Assembly (NCBI RefSeq): GCF_028641065.1
Contig: NC_073411.1
Location: 10,788,001 to 10,852,000 of the forward strand
Length of the DNA stretch: 64,000 nt
Origin: Leucoraja erinacea
Lineage: Eukaryota
Direction: 5' to 3'
Positions 1-12,899 of this stretch are shown one piece after another. The position numbers and the translations under genes were made by a program. The notes below the pieces were generated by a model. That model searched no databases and had not been told where the DNA came from. It saw nothing but the letters and a program-made list of their open reading frames with translations. The first letter of the stretch is position 1. Each line of letters opens with the position of its first letter.

Positions 1-575
1 GAGACTCAAACGAAATGTTGTTTCCACAGCCATACAAACAAAGACACTGTCTTACAGACATACACATAATTAAATTCACACAAACATCCATCACAGTGAA
101 GCCACTGTGATGGAAGGCAAGTCTTTTCTCTCCCCTGTTCTCCGTGTCTCTCCCGATGTCCAAGCCCCAGGCGGGCGATGATGAGTCCCACGGCCATTTT
201 AGGCCGCGCGGGGCGATTTACGGCCCCGCTCCCGGTCTGAAAGTCCAAGGTTGGAACCCCCCACGGGCGATGGTGAGTTCCCAATGAAGCCGCGGCCGGC
301 GATGTTCTAATTTGTTCCCACCCCGCACACGTAGAAGTGGCGTTGCGGGATCGGGATCCGGAAAGCGGTCTCTCCTATCTCCTCCCAGACCCGCGAGCTC
401 CCGATGTCCAGTCCATCGACCTGCGGCTGCGTTGCTGGAGCCTCCACCAGGAGTCGAGTCGCAGCAGCGAGTCAAAAGTCCCCAACATGGTGAGTCCGCA
501 GATCCGCGCTGTTTCCCCGAGCCGGGGCCGCTCCACGTTTCGCTAAGCCCCCAGTCCCGAAAAAAGTCCCCGGAC
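1..575 (-). mobile_element. GC-rich interspersed repeat related to the 52-kb element
   Basis: Shares the CACAGTGA...CACTGTGATGGAAGGCAA motif; CpG-rich; no credible ORF. Confidence 0.45.
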
Positions 576-1409
576 CAAGTTGTTTTAAAGAATTCTTACC
601 CCCCCCCCCCCCGCCCGGGTTTAAAAATGCATTTAGCTCCGGGAAGCGGTCTTCTCTCTCTCCAGTCCTGAATTCTTCAAAAATGTGGCTGACATCAAGG
701 CTGTATGCCCGCTGCCACGGTGAGTCGCGCCAACTGACCCTGCGTCTCTTTGCTGATGCCTGCCCTCACTGAGTCCAGGTTGAGTCCGATTAGCAATAAA
801 CCTGATAAATACCGCCCGGCCCCACGTTGCTCCGAGTTGCTCATAGAATAAAGAGATCCGCATTCCGCATCCGGGCGTTCAGCTCCTCCACGGTGGATTC
901 AGAGGAATAACAAAGTGGTGCCGAGTATTACCCGACAGGTAAAAAAGTACAGGGAAGAGATTTAAAGTAGTTATCCTCCACCCCCCCCCCCCCCCCCCCC
1001 CTGACCCCCGCCGCCCCCTCCCACATATCCACATTTAGGTGAATACTATCAATTGAAAAACACCAAAACTACATTTAACTGTCTTCCTAAACAAAAAAAG
1101 ACTGACAGGCTGTAGGGGTGGCAAACGATTGTCGCGTCGCGCCCGCCAAAATTACTAGTTTCTTCCTTTCTTCTCGCCAAAGGATGGTTGGCAACTGAGC
1201 AAGAACACTTTAGGAACCAGCATGTTGTATAAGTTTCTACAGATTTGCATGCTATCCATTCAGCAGAAAGAAAATAGATTACAATCGAGCCATTTACAGA
1301 ACATGATAAAGGAATAACATTTGCGTTTAAGATCCTGGTTCATCAGTATTACCACCAGTAAAAAAAAGGCCAACGACAAAATGTCAAGTTGTTTTAGAAG
1401 AATTCTTAC

Positions 1410-1500
1410 CGGGTTATGAAGCACTAGCTCTTTCAGTGCCTGAACATCTTCATTAAATGTGGCTGACATCAAGAATGCCTGATAAATCTTTGGGAGATGT
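1410..1500 (-). CDS. DDX56: DDX56 coding exon 5 (91 bp)
   Basis: tgcAG|A CAT CTC...AAC CCG|GTaaga; encodes [30 protein letters not shown]. Confidence 0.92.
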
Positions 1501-4500
1501 CTGCAGTGGATTAGAATAAACCTGATAAGTACATATGTCATACTCTGCGACATTGCTCTCAGGGTGCAAATGTTAGATCTTCTGTGACAATAAAGAGTTA
1601 GTTGATACAAAGCAAATAAAAGATTCCGTATCCAGCATTCAGTTATCAGACCACAGTCCGAATTGTGATGCCAATGTAAACATGTAGAGAACGTTACAGA
1701 TTGTCTTGGGAAAATGACATCAGCATTCCTACACAGATCCTTAAGGTGGATGGTTGGCAAAAGCAAGAACACTTTCAGGAATGACCTTGTTGTATAATGT
1801 TTATTGGTGCTTGTAGACCATGTGAGAAAAAGCATATATTAACCGGGGCTCAACGGAGGATATTTTTGTCTCCTAATTAAAAGGTTGATAGTTCACACAC
1901 CAGAAAACTGAGCATAAAAATCTAATTTACACAGCGGGAGTGCAATACTATTGAAGCCTTGTTCAGTTAGCAAGATGGACATAAAGATTTCATGACAATT
2001 TTTAAGAATGCCAGTAGAGGGAACCTGGCGCCCAGGCAATCTTTTTTATTCTATACTCAACATTATTCCAATACAAATTATCTTGTCATGATCACTGCTG
2101 TTAATGAGTTTGTTGAGTGCAAACTCATCGCTATATTCCAAACAATTAATCACACAAAAAACTCAGCAGTTGTAAAATAATTAAAGGCCTTTTATATTAA
2201 TTTGTTAGATTTGTTTTGCTTATTATTTATTACCCATGTGTATTTACAGGTTTGTTATAGGTAAGAATTTAATTGTAGTTATTGGTACACATGACAATTA
2301 AACACTCCTGACTATATAAATACTTAGCAGGCATTTCTCCCCACTCAAAATTTACAATGTCATTTATTATTTCTTGGGAACTGCTCTTAAATTAGTACCT
2401 CTAATTGTTCCATCTGCATCAGACCTACAACTAGTTGTTGCGATATCTTATATAGTCTATTTATGGGACCAGTCATTCAGCAGATAAAGGCCTTTTGGCC
2501 GACAAGGTTCATGCTGAACATCAAACACCAATTTGAACAAAACTATAGGGGAGGCACAATGATGCAGTGGTAGAGTTGCTGCCTTACAGCACCAGGGACT
2601 CTGATTTAATCCCGACTACGAGTGCTGTTTGTATGCAGTTTGTACGTTCTCCCTGCGATCACCACATTCTAAAGGCGTATAGGTTTGTAGGTTGACACAA
2701 AACGCTAGAGTAACTCAGTGGGTGAGGCAGCATCTCTGGAGAGAAGGAATGGGAGATGTTACAGGTCGAGACCCTTGTTCAGACTGAAGAAGGGTCTCGA
2801 CCCGGAATGTCACCCGTTCTCTCCAGATGCTGCCTCACCCGCCGAGTTACTCCAGCATTTTGTGTCTGCCTTCGATTTAAACCAGCATCTGCAGTTCTTT
2901 CTTACATAGGTTTGTAAGTTAATTGGCTTCCGTAAATTGCCCCTGGTGTGTAGGATGTGAAACTGGCATAACATAGAACAGTGTACGAACGATTGTTGGT
3001 CGGCACAGATTCGGTGAACTGAGGGGCCCGTTTCCACGCTGTATCTCCAAACAAAACTAATCCAATTTCAATTAAATTGAATGTCATAATATTGATACTG
3101 AATAATCAATGGAAGAATCTCGTAAAGTAGTTCACACAATAGATGTGGCCAAACTGAAAGACAAAATACAGCAAGCAGATGGAAATTCAGTCAAACCAAA
3201 TCACAAATTTTGTTTTTTACCCCAAAAGGTTCTTCAAGTCATTTTCAAATCCAAATGAGAAGACCAGATCTGCCTCGTCAATCACAAGCATTTCCAGTGA
3301 TGTACAGAGACTCAGGGTATGTTGCTCCAAGTGCAGCAGAACGCGGGAGGGTGTGCCTATTACAATGTCGGGCTTCTCCATCAATATGGGCCTGAAGGAG
3401 AGAATCAGTACTGAGAAGGTCCGTGCCAACGGTACAAAAAGAGAAGTTTCACAGATAAACATTAGTTATTTTTCTACCTCTGTGCTGATATATCCGCCTG
3501 TCCCGAGATATCAGCAACTCGAACATCCCACGTACAGTAGGATGTGAGTTGTCGGATCATCTGCTGTACTTGCTGACCCAGCTCCTTTGTGGGAACCAAC
3601 ACAAGGGCTCGCACCGCCTGCTCACAGGTGGACTGAGGGGAGACACAGGGGTTATAGAAATTCCAGCTCCACTACAGGCATCTCTGACACTCTGCTCAAC
3701 TACAAACTTGGTTCCTGCACACACTTCACATTGAGTTACAAGTAGACTTCCTTGTGGCAGCAAATACATTAAGCATTGCTAAAATTGCATACTACTTAGA
3801 GAATTCATGCTGCATTTGTATTTAGGTGGCACAGTTGCTGCCTTACAGTGGCAGAGACCAGGGTTCGATGCTGACCACGTGTGCTGTCTGTACAGAGTTT
3901 GTACATTCTCCCCTGTGACCGTATGGGTTTTCCCTGGCGCTGCGGTTTCCTCCCACATTGCAAAGACGTACAGGTTTGTAGATTAATTGGATTTGATCAA
4001 AATCGTAAATTGTCCCTAGTGTGTAGGACAATGCTTGTGTACAGGTATCGCTGGTCAGAGTGAGTCTCAGTGAGGCAAAGGGCCTGTTTCTGTAGTTTAT
4101 CTCCAAACTCTAAACTCTGAGGTAGAGCAATCAAGTGTAAAGTCCAAGGTTGTAGTAGTATTCTGGTAAACAGCGCAACCGCTAAGGGGAGACACAGCAA
4201 CTGCTGGGATGGGAAAGTGCAATTCATAATAAAGTAACTTTGGGCAGCTACAATTTCCTTGTTTCCAAAATCCCACTCATTGCCCGTGTACATGTTTGGA
4301 ATTTAACCCTGTGCATTGAAGGACCAAGTGTAGGAAACACACATACAAGTCTGCATGAACTCTCAAAATCAGACCATGAAAACTTAAACGGATGGCGACG
4401 ACTTAATGAGCAAATAGGGCGGATGCAGGAGATTACCTTTTTTGTGTTGAGAAGATGCTCGATGATGGGAATGGCATACGCTGCAGTTTTCCCAGACCCA

Positions 4501-4598
4501 GTTCGTGCCCTGGCAAGAAGATCTTTTCCCTCCAATGCCAGAGGAATGGCTTTTTCCTGGATTAGAGTTGGCTGGGCCCAGTTCAGTTTAGAAATTGC
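1410..4598 (-). CDS. DDX56: DEAD-box RNA helicase DDX56 (partial: coding exons 2-5; exon 1 not found; 3' part lies beyond the window start)
   Basis: Exons 4598-4437, 3632-3478, 3391-3221 and 1500-1410 have GT-AG boundaries and compatible phases. They carry the Q motif ([10 protein letters not shown]), motif I (ARTGSGKT), Ia (LVPTKEL), Ib (GTPSR), II (VIDEADL) and III (LMSATF). [13 protein letters not shown] and LKELVLHNP are typical of DDX56/Dbp9. Confidence 0.93.
2548..3060 (+). mobile_element. tRNA-derived SINE (HE1/V-SINE type) interrupted by a palindromic Penelope-derived insert (~2694-2905)
   Basis: tRNA-like head with A/B boxes (GCAGTGGTAGAGTTGCTGCCTTACAGC...), V-domain-like TTTGTACGTTCTCCC, tail GGGCCCGTTTCCACGCTGTATCTC(TAAAC)n. 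Confidence 0.8.
3221..3391 (-). CDS. DDX56: DDX56 coding exon 4 (171 bp)
   Basis: ttcAG|G CCC ATA...TTG GG|GTaaaa; encodes [16 protein letters not shown]...[22 protein letters not shown]. Confidence 0.92.
3478..3632 (-). CDS. DDX56: DDX56 coding exon 3 (155 bp)
   Basis: ctcAG|TCC...CAG AG|GTagaa; encodes [52 protein letters not shown] (not in the ORF track). Confidence 0.9.
3826..4115 (+). mobile_element. HE1/V-SINE-type SINE
   Basis: Same head (GGGTTCGATGC B box), body and tail as the other copies. Confidence 0.8.
4437..4598 (-). CDS. DDX56: DDX56 coding exon 2 (162 bp)
   Basis: atcAG|GCA ATT...AAA AAG|GTaatc; encodes [54 protein letters not shown]. Confidence 0.92.
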
Positions 4599-5489
4599 CT
4601 GATTATTTGTATTTTAGTGGGTGGAGAAAACACACATGGTTACACAACATTTGGCCATACTGTTCTAAGTTTTCTACTTTTCATCTTAATGCAGCTCTAC
4701 ACATCTCTCCCTTCAGCATCTCCCTCGATCCTACTTCCCAACCCACCACCGGCATCCTATTACTCCTTTCCAACATCACTATCTCTGGGGAAACAGGCTC
4801 ATATCTTCCAACATTACTTCAACATCACCCTCACCCTTTTTAATTACCATCTTTCGGCACCACCCTCCTCTATTCAGCAAATGTCCACCACCTCTCCCCA
4901 TTTGTTTTCCATCTCCCAACCTTAATGCACTGTAATGAACTGCTCGCACTCTCTGCCTTTCTCCAAGTAGCCACACCTCCTTCCCGCTAGCCCTTCCCCA
5001 CAAACCTGACCTCAGATCTAACCCCCCCTCCCCCCTCCCTCGAGAAATGTTTATTTTCCCAGCACACACGTGACAGTGGCGACAAAGATCCTGTAGCTCG
5101 CTGGTGGCAAGAAACAACCCCCGGTCCTCCTCTACCACCCCCCCTCCCTCCATACCTTCCCTCCCTGAGTCCTATCTCACTCCAACCTTCACTACCCACC
5201 TCTCTATCTTCCCTCCCACAAGATCTCTATCACCCCTATCTCTTCTCCCCTTTTGGTTCCACCATCCTTCCGTTCCTTCCGTCATTCTACTCTCCCCGTC
5301 CCTACTCCCCTCCCCACTCCCCCCGCCCCGCGCACTCCTCACTTTCCGCATCCTCCCATCGTCCCCAACCTCCCTCCCTCCCACACGTCCTCTCCTCCCT
5401 ACCACACCCTGCTCCGTCCCTCCTTCCACCCTCCAACTTTCACGCCCACAGAGGCGGGGAGGTGGCCGGCAAATCACCGTGCACCATCA

Positions 5490-6570
5490 TGTCCTGAAGA
5501 GAACATGTAATGTCTGAAGGGAAAAGTATTTGTCTGAAGAGAAAATGTATTGTCTGAAGAGGAACATGTAATTGTCGAAGAGAACATGTAATTTGGCTGA
5601 AGGGACGGAACATGATTTGTCTGAGGAACATGTATTCTACTGAAGAGGGAACATGTATGTCTGAAGAGAACAGTGCCGTCTGAAGGGACGCTGTATTTGT
5701 CTGCCGAGAGTAAATGTATGTCTGAAGAGAACATGTATTGTTGAAGGCCCCACATGGCGGTTGTATGAGACTGGAAACAGCAGATTTGTGCTCCGAGAGA
5801 ATACAACCCAGATCTCTGTTGAAGAGGACAGTCGTAATTTACAGGAAGGGAAACCATGATTTGCTCATGAATGAGAACACTGTATTTGTCTGAAGAGAAC
5901 ATGTAAATTGTCGGAGGAGAAACCGGGTGGGGGAGTGTGAAGAGCAACATGTATTGTCTGAAGAGGAACATGTATTGGTGTATGAGAGAGAACATGGGTA
6001 TTGGTCGAAGAGGGGAGTCAAAAATTATGTGGTGTCTTGAGAGAAACGCTGTAATTTGGGGGTCGTGCACAGAAGTACCAGTATTGTTGGTCGTGCAACA
6101 CTCGAAGCAAAACGCGGGGGTGGGGGGGAGATAGTGTGTGTACTTGAAAGGTGGAAAAAAGCTGGCAGATTTGTCTTGGGAGGTGGAGGGCGCATGAATG
6201 GTGAATTTGCGGTATCTGAAGTGAGGACACGGAGGGGGGGGTGGAAATTTTGGATGCTGAAGAGAAACTTTTTTTGTCCTGAAGAGAACATAGGTATTGT
6301 GTCTACGAAGAGTGAACATGTATTGGTGTCTTAAGGGATAGCATGTATAATGTCAATGAAGAGAACATGTAAAAATAAAAGGTTCTGAAGGGAACATCGT
6401 CTTGGTGTCTGAAGTAAGTGAACATGGTATTATGTCTGTGAGGGGAGAAACAAACAGTATTGTCTATAAGTGACTACATGATGTTGTCTGGAGAGAACAA
6501 AATAGTATGGAAGTTGGGTGGGGGATCGGAAGAGGAGACATTGTATTGTCTGAAAGACACCTGTATTTGT
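5490..6570. repeat. Degenerate ~20-bp minisatellite (TCTGAAGAGAACATGTATTG)n
   Basis: Dozens of scrambled copies of CTGAAGAG(G)AACATGTA(T)TTG. Confidence 0.7.
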
Positions 6571-9500
6571 CGTAGTAAGAGGGCAACACGAAGAGAGACG
6601 GTAGGTACAAAAAGGCTGGCGACCTCAGCTGGTGCAGCCTGCATCCGAATTGGAGAAGCGAAGACACAGAATAATCAGTTGTGAAAAGCTGTGGGCTCTG
6701 GAGAGAGGTAGGAGAACTTCTTCATGTACATATTGCGTGAGATATCGGCAGTGGGAAAGATCGACAAACAGATGGGTTCAGAGGACTGCCAGTTGCGAGG
6801 AAAAATTTGAAGGCTCACACATAACAAAAAGTCGTGGAGAAACTCAGCGGGTGCGCCAATCTATGGAGCGAAGTGATGATAGCCAAAAAACGGGTTTTCG
6901 GGGGTGCAATAACGACCTTCTGACAGAGGACAGTTGTGTTTAAAGAGGAACTCAGATGATGGAAATTCGAAGGTAGACAAAAGTGCTGAGTAACTCAGCA
7001 AATGGTCAGCAATACTGGGAGCTGATCGGATAGGCAACCCTTCTTCAGACTCAAACAGGGTGGGGGGGTGTGGAAGAAAAGAAAACAGGCGGGGGGGGTC
7101 ACATATCAGAAACTATGCTGTGTCGCATAATTAGTTAGAAAAATCCGGGGACAAATAGACTATCCAAGTTGTGGGGGTGAAACACAACTTGAGAGTTGAC
7201 ATTGCTGTCTACCGATATCAGCCACGAATAAAAAAGACGCACAGACACACACAAATAGTCTTTTAACGGTAGACATCCCCGCCCAGCGGAACTCAAAGTT
7301 TCGCGCACGTGAGGGAAGTCACCTGCGTGGGTTTCCTGGTTCCTCCTCCTCTTATCTCCCGTGGTAAAAGTCGGGGTCTCCCAAACCCCTCGCTGATCCT
7401 GCCGTGCTACGATGGCCCGTGTTCAGGCCCGAAATCATCGGACAGGATGATCGTAACTCCACGACCGTCTGGAATAAGAAACATGTCTGGGAATCATACG
7501 TATTTTGAGAACATGGAGTCCATTTGGGCGCACTAGTTCTTCCGAGAAACGCCCGGCTCCCAAAAGTCCCCACAGGCCGAAGCCTGGTCGACGGAAGAGT
7601 CGCGGGCAGAAAGGGGGGTTACTGCCCCCCGCGCCCTGTCTAAAAAGATAAAGGATCCCAAGACATCGTGGTGCGATATTGATGTCACCAAGCGAACAAA
7701 AAAAAAGATGCTGCAAAAAGAACGGGGGAAAAAAAAAAAGAAGCGCAAACAAAAGAAAGGGGGGGGGGTAGGCTGGAAGCTCCCTGCGAGGGGGGGACCA
7801 CAGTGCGGGGGGTAACCCTCCGCGTGTTTGAAAGGGTGCAGCCAAGCCCAACACTTTCCGTAGCTTCACTGTCACGACACTCCAGGTAAGGGGACACTTA
7901 AAGCGCCGCTCCGCATAAGTAGAAAAAAAGAAAAAAAATTAGATCCAGTGCTGCAACCGCTGGCTAGAATCTTTGTCTGTCCCCGGCCTAAAGAGCGAAG
8001 CGCGCACCGGCAGATCTTCTCCACCGTCTGCAGAAGGAATAGACATGAAATGTGACCCATCCCTTCCATCCAGATTGCTGCCTGCCTGCTGAAGTTCACT
8101 CCATCAGTTTTGTGTCTCCCCTTCGATTAACACCATCTGCAGTTCCTTGGTCCTCACACTCATTGTTTAACCACCCATGGTCTGCTTATTTTCGCACAAC
8201 ATCCCGATATGTTAAACATTAAATTTTAAAATACATTCCTCAGACACCCTGCAAATAACATTAATTTCAGCTGATTTTTAGTAGGGTGAGAAACAAGAAC
8301 TGCCGGTGGGGTGTTGGATGAAAAAAGAGGAGGACCTGCAGATGCAGGTTTAACCACCAAAGATTGACACCAAAGGCTTGATGCTAAACAGGCACAAGTA
8401 AAAAATCTGGATTTACCAGCAGGTCAGGCAAGAGAATACTCATAAGACCAGAGAGGGTGGGGCTAAAGAGCGTGGGTGGAGGGCCTTCGGAGTTATTCCA
8501 GTACTTGTAGCTTGGTTAATTAGACCATGACATTCTATGCACCGATTTTGCCTTCTAATGCGCGAGAGCCGAACAAGTTATAAAAATTAGCGAGGAAGAG
8601 GGAAACTTAAGAGGTCAAGCCTACTTTAGTGTTGAGTTAGAATAAATCATAGCTTTATTGGTCAACGTGTGATCGGAGAGGTTCTCCAATGAAAGTGTCT
8701 TTTGTTTGTTGTGGGGCGTGTGACAGTTTCGGTTACTATCCTACTGAATATGGAAACTGGGGAGCAAAATCCGACACTACGATAGTAGTGGCTAGGAACA
8801 TGTAAGAAACCACAGTTACTACATTGGCGATGGCTGACCACAAACAGAACAAGTAGACAACCGAAGCAGTGAAAACACTCGCATGGAACAATAAGGACAA
8901 ACAGTCTAGTATGCGCAAAAATAAAAATGATTTGTTTTTAGTCTTGTGTTTTTTGGTTTTTGCTTTGCGAAGGAGCAAGAGTGCATGGTGACAGCATCCG
9001 TCGCCCTCGCACAGGAAAACGCAGTGGGTACTTGTTCCGCCAGATCACCGGGGATAGTTAACAGCAACCTCACCACAACTGAGCATGGTGCATACAACCG
9101 GTTGTAACGTTTTGGATCCTGCCAGTGTTGACTGCGAAAGGTTCATGGAAAGGGGGGGGGGGGGGACCCAAGCTCCATAATCTACTGCTTGCCCGGTTCT
9201 TACTTGGCAGCGCGTGTCCCGGGCCGGTTTGTGGTCTCGGGGGGCGGACTCCTTGCCCTCCACACAGCGATCCTTAAGTTCCCCGCATAATCTCCTTACG
9301 GGGGGGGGCGGGGGCCACTCTCGCTGCGTATTGCTTGAGGGTCCCTACACTCGTGTGCTCACATGTGTGCGGAGGTCCCAACCAACCGCTATGACAAACC
9401 TTAGTGGCAGTCAGCTGTACGACAGAAGTCTATATAGTTCCCGGGCAAACAGTCACTACTGTACTGCTATCATCATGTACGAGCAGCCAACTCCCCCCCG

Positions 9501-12500
9501 GTAATGGGCACGGCGCTAACTCTAGAAGTCTCGCACGTTCAATTTTCGATTACAGCCTCCTCCGAAGTCTTCCCTGGTCCACGACGCTCCTGCCTCAACT
9601 CTTCCCTCTCCTCTGACATTACCTTCTTGTTCTCTAATAAGCGAGTTCGGTATATGCATGAAGAAAAAGGCAAAGTATCCATGGGGATTGTCAAAGGTGG
9701 CATTCGTGATAAAAAAAGATGAAACACAGCTCCAGCTTAGCATTAAACTGGTGTATAAATGGGGTTAGAGTATGTCAGTACAATGATTAATCCAATCTAG
9801 TGATAGAGTACAAGGGGCCAGACTCAACAGGGACGCACGACAGGTGTCGTTTTGTTTTATGCACATTAATTACGGTGTCTTAAATATCTAGGGCGTGACC
9901 TTCATAACCCAAACACCTCTGGAAGTCTGCAGAAGCCGTCTCAATACGTGCGCATTGTAAGGACATGGTCTGGCATTTGCTCTCTAGGGGGTTATGTGAC
10001 GACAGCTTCTGCTCCAAGGCTGAGAGGTGCAGCAATGACGTTCGGCGCCCTGCCCCTCGTAGGAACAGGATTTCCTCTGATGTTGGAGCAGAGTTGAGCT
10101 GGAGTCACAATGGGGGGTGCTTCTCCCTGCAGGCTGCTGTGTAATCCTGGGCCAACCAGCCGTTCCGGCCATTGGCACACAGATCCCCTAGGTATCTACG
10201 GCCGAAACGCGTCCGACGGAGGGGGGGGTGGGTGGATGGGTGACACAGGGGATTGGTCGGCGTGGACATTGAGGAGGACAATCACTTTCTACAATTATAC
10301 TAAACTCCCAGTTACCATAAATACCAACAGTGTTATGCACTGGCATCGGTGCGAAGCGCTGAAATGGATTGAAATGCAAGTACTAGGTGTATCATACTGC
10401 AACAAACAAATCAAGCTGCCAAGAATGTTATCTCGCGTGACCTATGACCTGGGCATCGCGCAGGGAAGATTGAAATACCAACTATCGCCAGCCAGGAATA
10501 CATCAGACACCCACCTTGTAGCGTCCGATAATGGAGTTTCCCGAACTTCCTACTACTGCTTGCGTTCACGATGACAAGCAGGGAGACCACCACGACCATT
10601 CTATGGCGGCAATCCCGTGCTCCAAGAACTTTCCATCATTCTCCTAGCTGGTTTTCCGTCTCGTATCCCCTACGGAAGCCGTGGAGGTGCTCGCACATGC
10701 TCTGAGCGGTTTTCCCTCTGCTCTTCGACGGATCGCGCACACACATGCTGCTCACCTGCCTTCCTCTCCTCTCCGACTGTCCCCATCGCTCACTGATGGC
10801 CTTTAATTGTTGTCCGAACGGCCAGTGCCGCGCTCTCCCCCGGACGATGCTCGCAGGGGGGGTGGGCCCTTGCCTCGGCACGGGCTCTAAGTGCAAGCAC
10901 GTGGGGTAACCCAATCGCCAATCTTGAGTTGTTAACATGGCCAATTTTGGCGTCTGACAAATGGGGAGGGTGTTCGCGAGAAAGGAATCCAACTAATCTA
11001 CCAGCCTGTGCCGCGTACAACAGTGGTTGGCAAAGAAAAAAAAAAGTCGAGTCACACACACTAAAAAAATCACATAAAACTCAAAAGGCGCCGTCCACTC
11101 TCTCACCCTCAACGGCCCTCATACGCTCTCGGCAGGTAACTCATCCATACGGGGTGGGTTTGAATAACGTAAAATGATGGCGCCTATACATACCTCTAAA
11201 ATATAGTCCTATTCGGTACCTGCCTAAATGTTTCTTAAACGTCGCATTATACCTTTAGAGTGGAGATGAGGTGGAGTTTATTTAGCCAGAGTGAACCTGT
11301 GGAATTCATTTCGCGGCAGTGGAGACCAAGACATTAGGTATCTTTAAAGTTAGCAGAGATTGAGAGATTCTTGATTAGGAAAGGTTGCAAAGGTTAGGAT
11401 CACATTGAAGACAGCTCCCCATCTGCGTTTGGAGCTGTTCCGACCTGCTCCCTCTGGAAGGCGCTATAGGTGCATCAAATCCAGGACAGAAACAGAGACT
11501 CAGGAATAGTTGCTTTTGGGTGCCGAGAATATATCTACTATAAATTTCACATTCACAACATGCACTGACTACACCGCCCAACACGGAGTCCATCTGTATA
11601 TACTGTTATATAATAGAGTAGCGCCGCAGATTTGGTGCACCCTATTGCCCCCCCCGCCCCCTCCCAATACTCCCTTCGGTTTTTTTGTTTTTTTTCCTGT
11701 GTTTCTGTGATTTTTGTGCTAAAATTGTATGTATTCAACTGGAGTACGAGCAGCTTTCAGTTTCACTGTACATGTATTATTGACAAATAAATGTCATCAT
11801 ATCTTCATGGCGGTGCTTGGCTCGAGGGGCCGAATGGCCTACTCCTGCACCTATTGTCTATATGCCGTGGACTGAATACCCAAATCTCTGCCCTACGTTT
11901 TATTGTCGTGTATAGAGGACATGGAGACATACGACCAGTTGGGGGGTAGGAAGAAATCACACCAAACTGCTTGGGGGGGTGGTTGTGGCACTAAATATAG
12001 ACACAAATAAACTCGCTTAGATGTCCACACTCATGGGAGCAAAAGGAATAAGTCCAGGGTGGGAACCTTTTCATGTTGGATGCCGCATTACGTTAGCTGT
12101 AATCTACATGAGGCCGGCAATCCAAGACAACTTATCAATAAGATTACCTGTGTCCGGCTCGTGTTACATTATTTTGTGTGCAATAGCCCTCCATGACATA
12201 TACTAATATGGTTTAATGTCGTGCCAGTGGTCAGGTCGTGGTAGGATTTGATTGGTGGAAAGGAAAATCTCTCTTTTACTCTTTGGTATTTGTAAATAGG
12301 TTCATTTAAAAATTAAAAAAAAATAATAAGACTAACGAAAACATATTATAACTAAAATAAACGATTGTCTACAAAATTTGTGCTTCCTATCAAAGTGGCT
12401 GCACTTAATGGCCTGGAAGGCCGCAGGTTCCCCACCCCTGGAATAGGTGATGCTTCAGGTCGAGACCCTTTTCACCAGAAATGCTGCCTGAACCCTCTGG

Positions 12501-12899
12501 GGGGGAGTTTAGCGTTCCAGGCATTAGCCTTGGAGAAATTGTCCGGGGCTTACCGTGCGGAAGCTTGCCATTGGATGTCTTTGACTTTGCAGAGGAGTTC
12601 ACCAACCAAGAGAGCAGAGGCACAAAGTATGGTCTCTCTGTACTCTCTCTCTGTGGTAACTTGCCGTCTACTCGCATCTAGCACTCTCCCGCGATTCCCT
12701 CCGCTGTCTCGGAATAGTCTTCGACTGTCTCGTATCTCGCTCTCTTGTCTCCGTCTAACGCGCTCGCGGTCTCCGAACTAGTCTGGGACAGCACGCGGTC
12801 GCTCTCATCTATCTCTGCTCTGCTCGCGGTGCCTAAGACTCCGTTAAAGTACGCGCTCTCCAGGCCAAAGGCTCAAGAAGCGCTGTCTAGGCTAGAAGT

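Noticed and set aside
1260-1835. 191-aa ORF taken as a complete gene
   Set aside because: Only 1410-1500 is coding (a DDX56 exon); the flanks are intronic.
5474-6570. 281-aa ORF, and CTGAAGA in the minisatellite as a possible tandem hammerhead (retrozyme) array
   Set aside because: The ORF is a translation of the repeat. The ~20-bp unit lacks stem II and the GAAA-stem III-UH half of the core, and sequence quality is poor.
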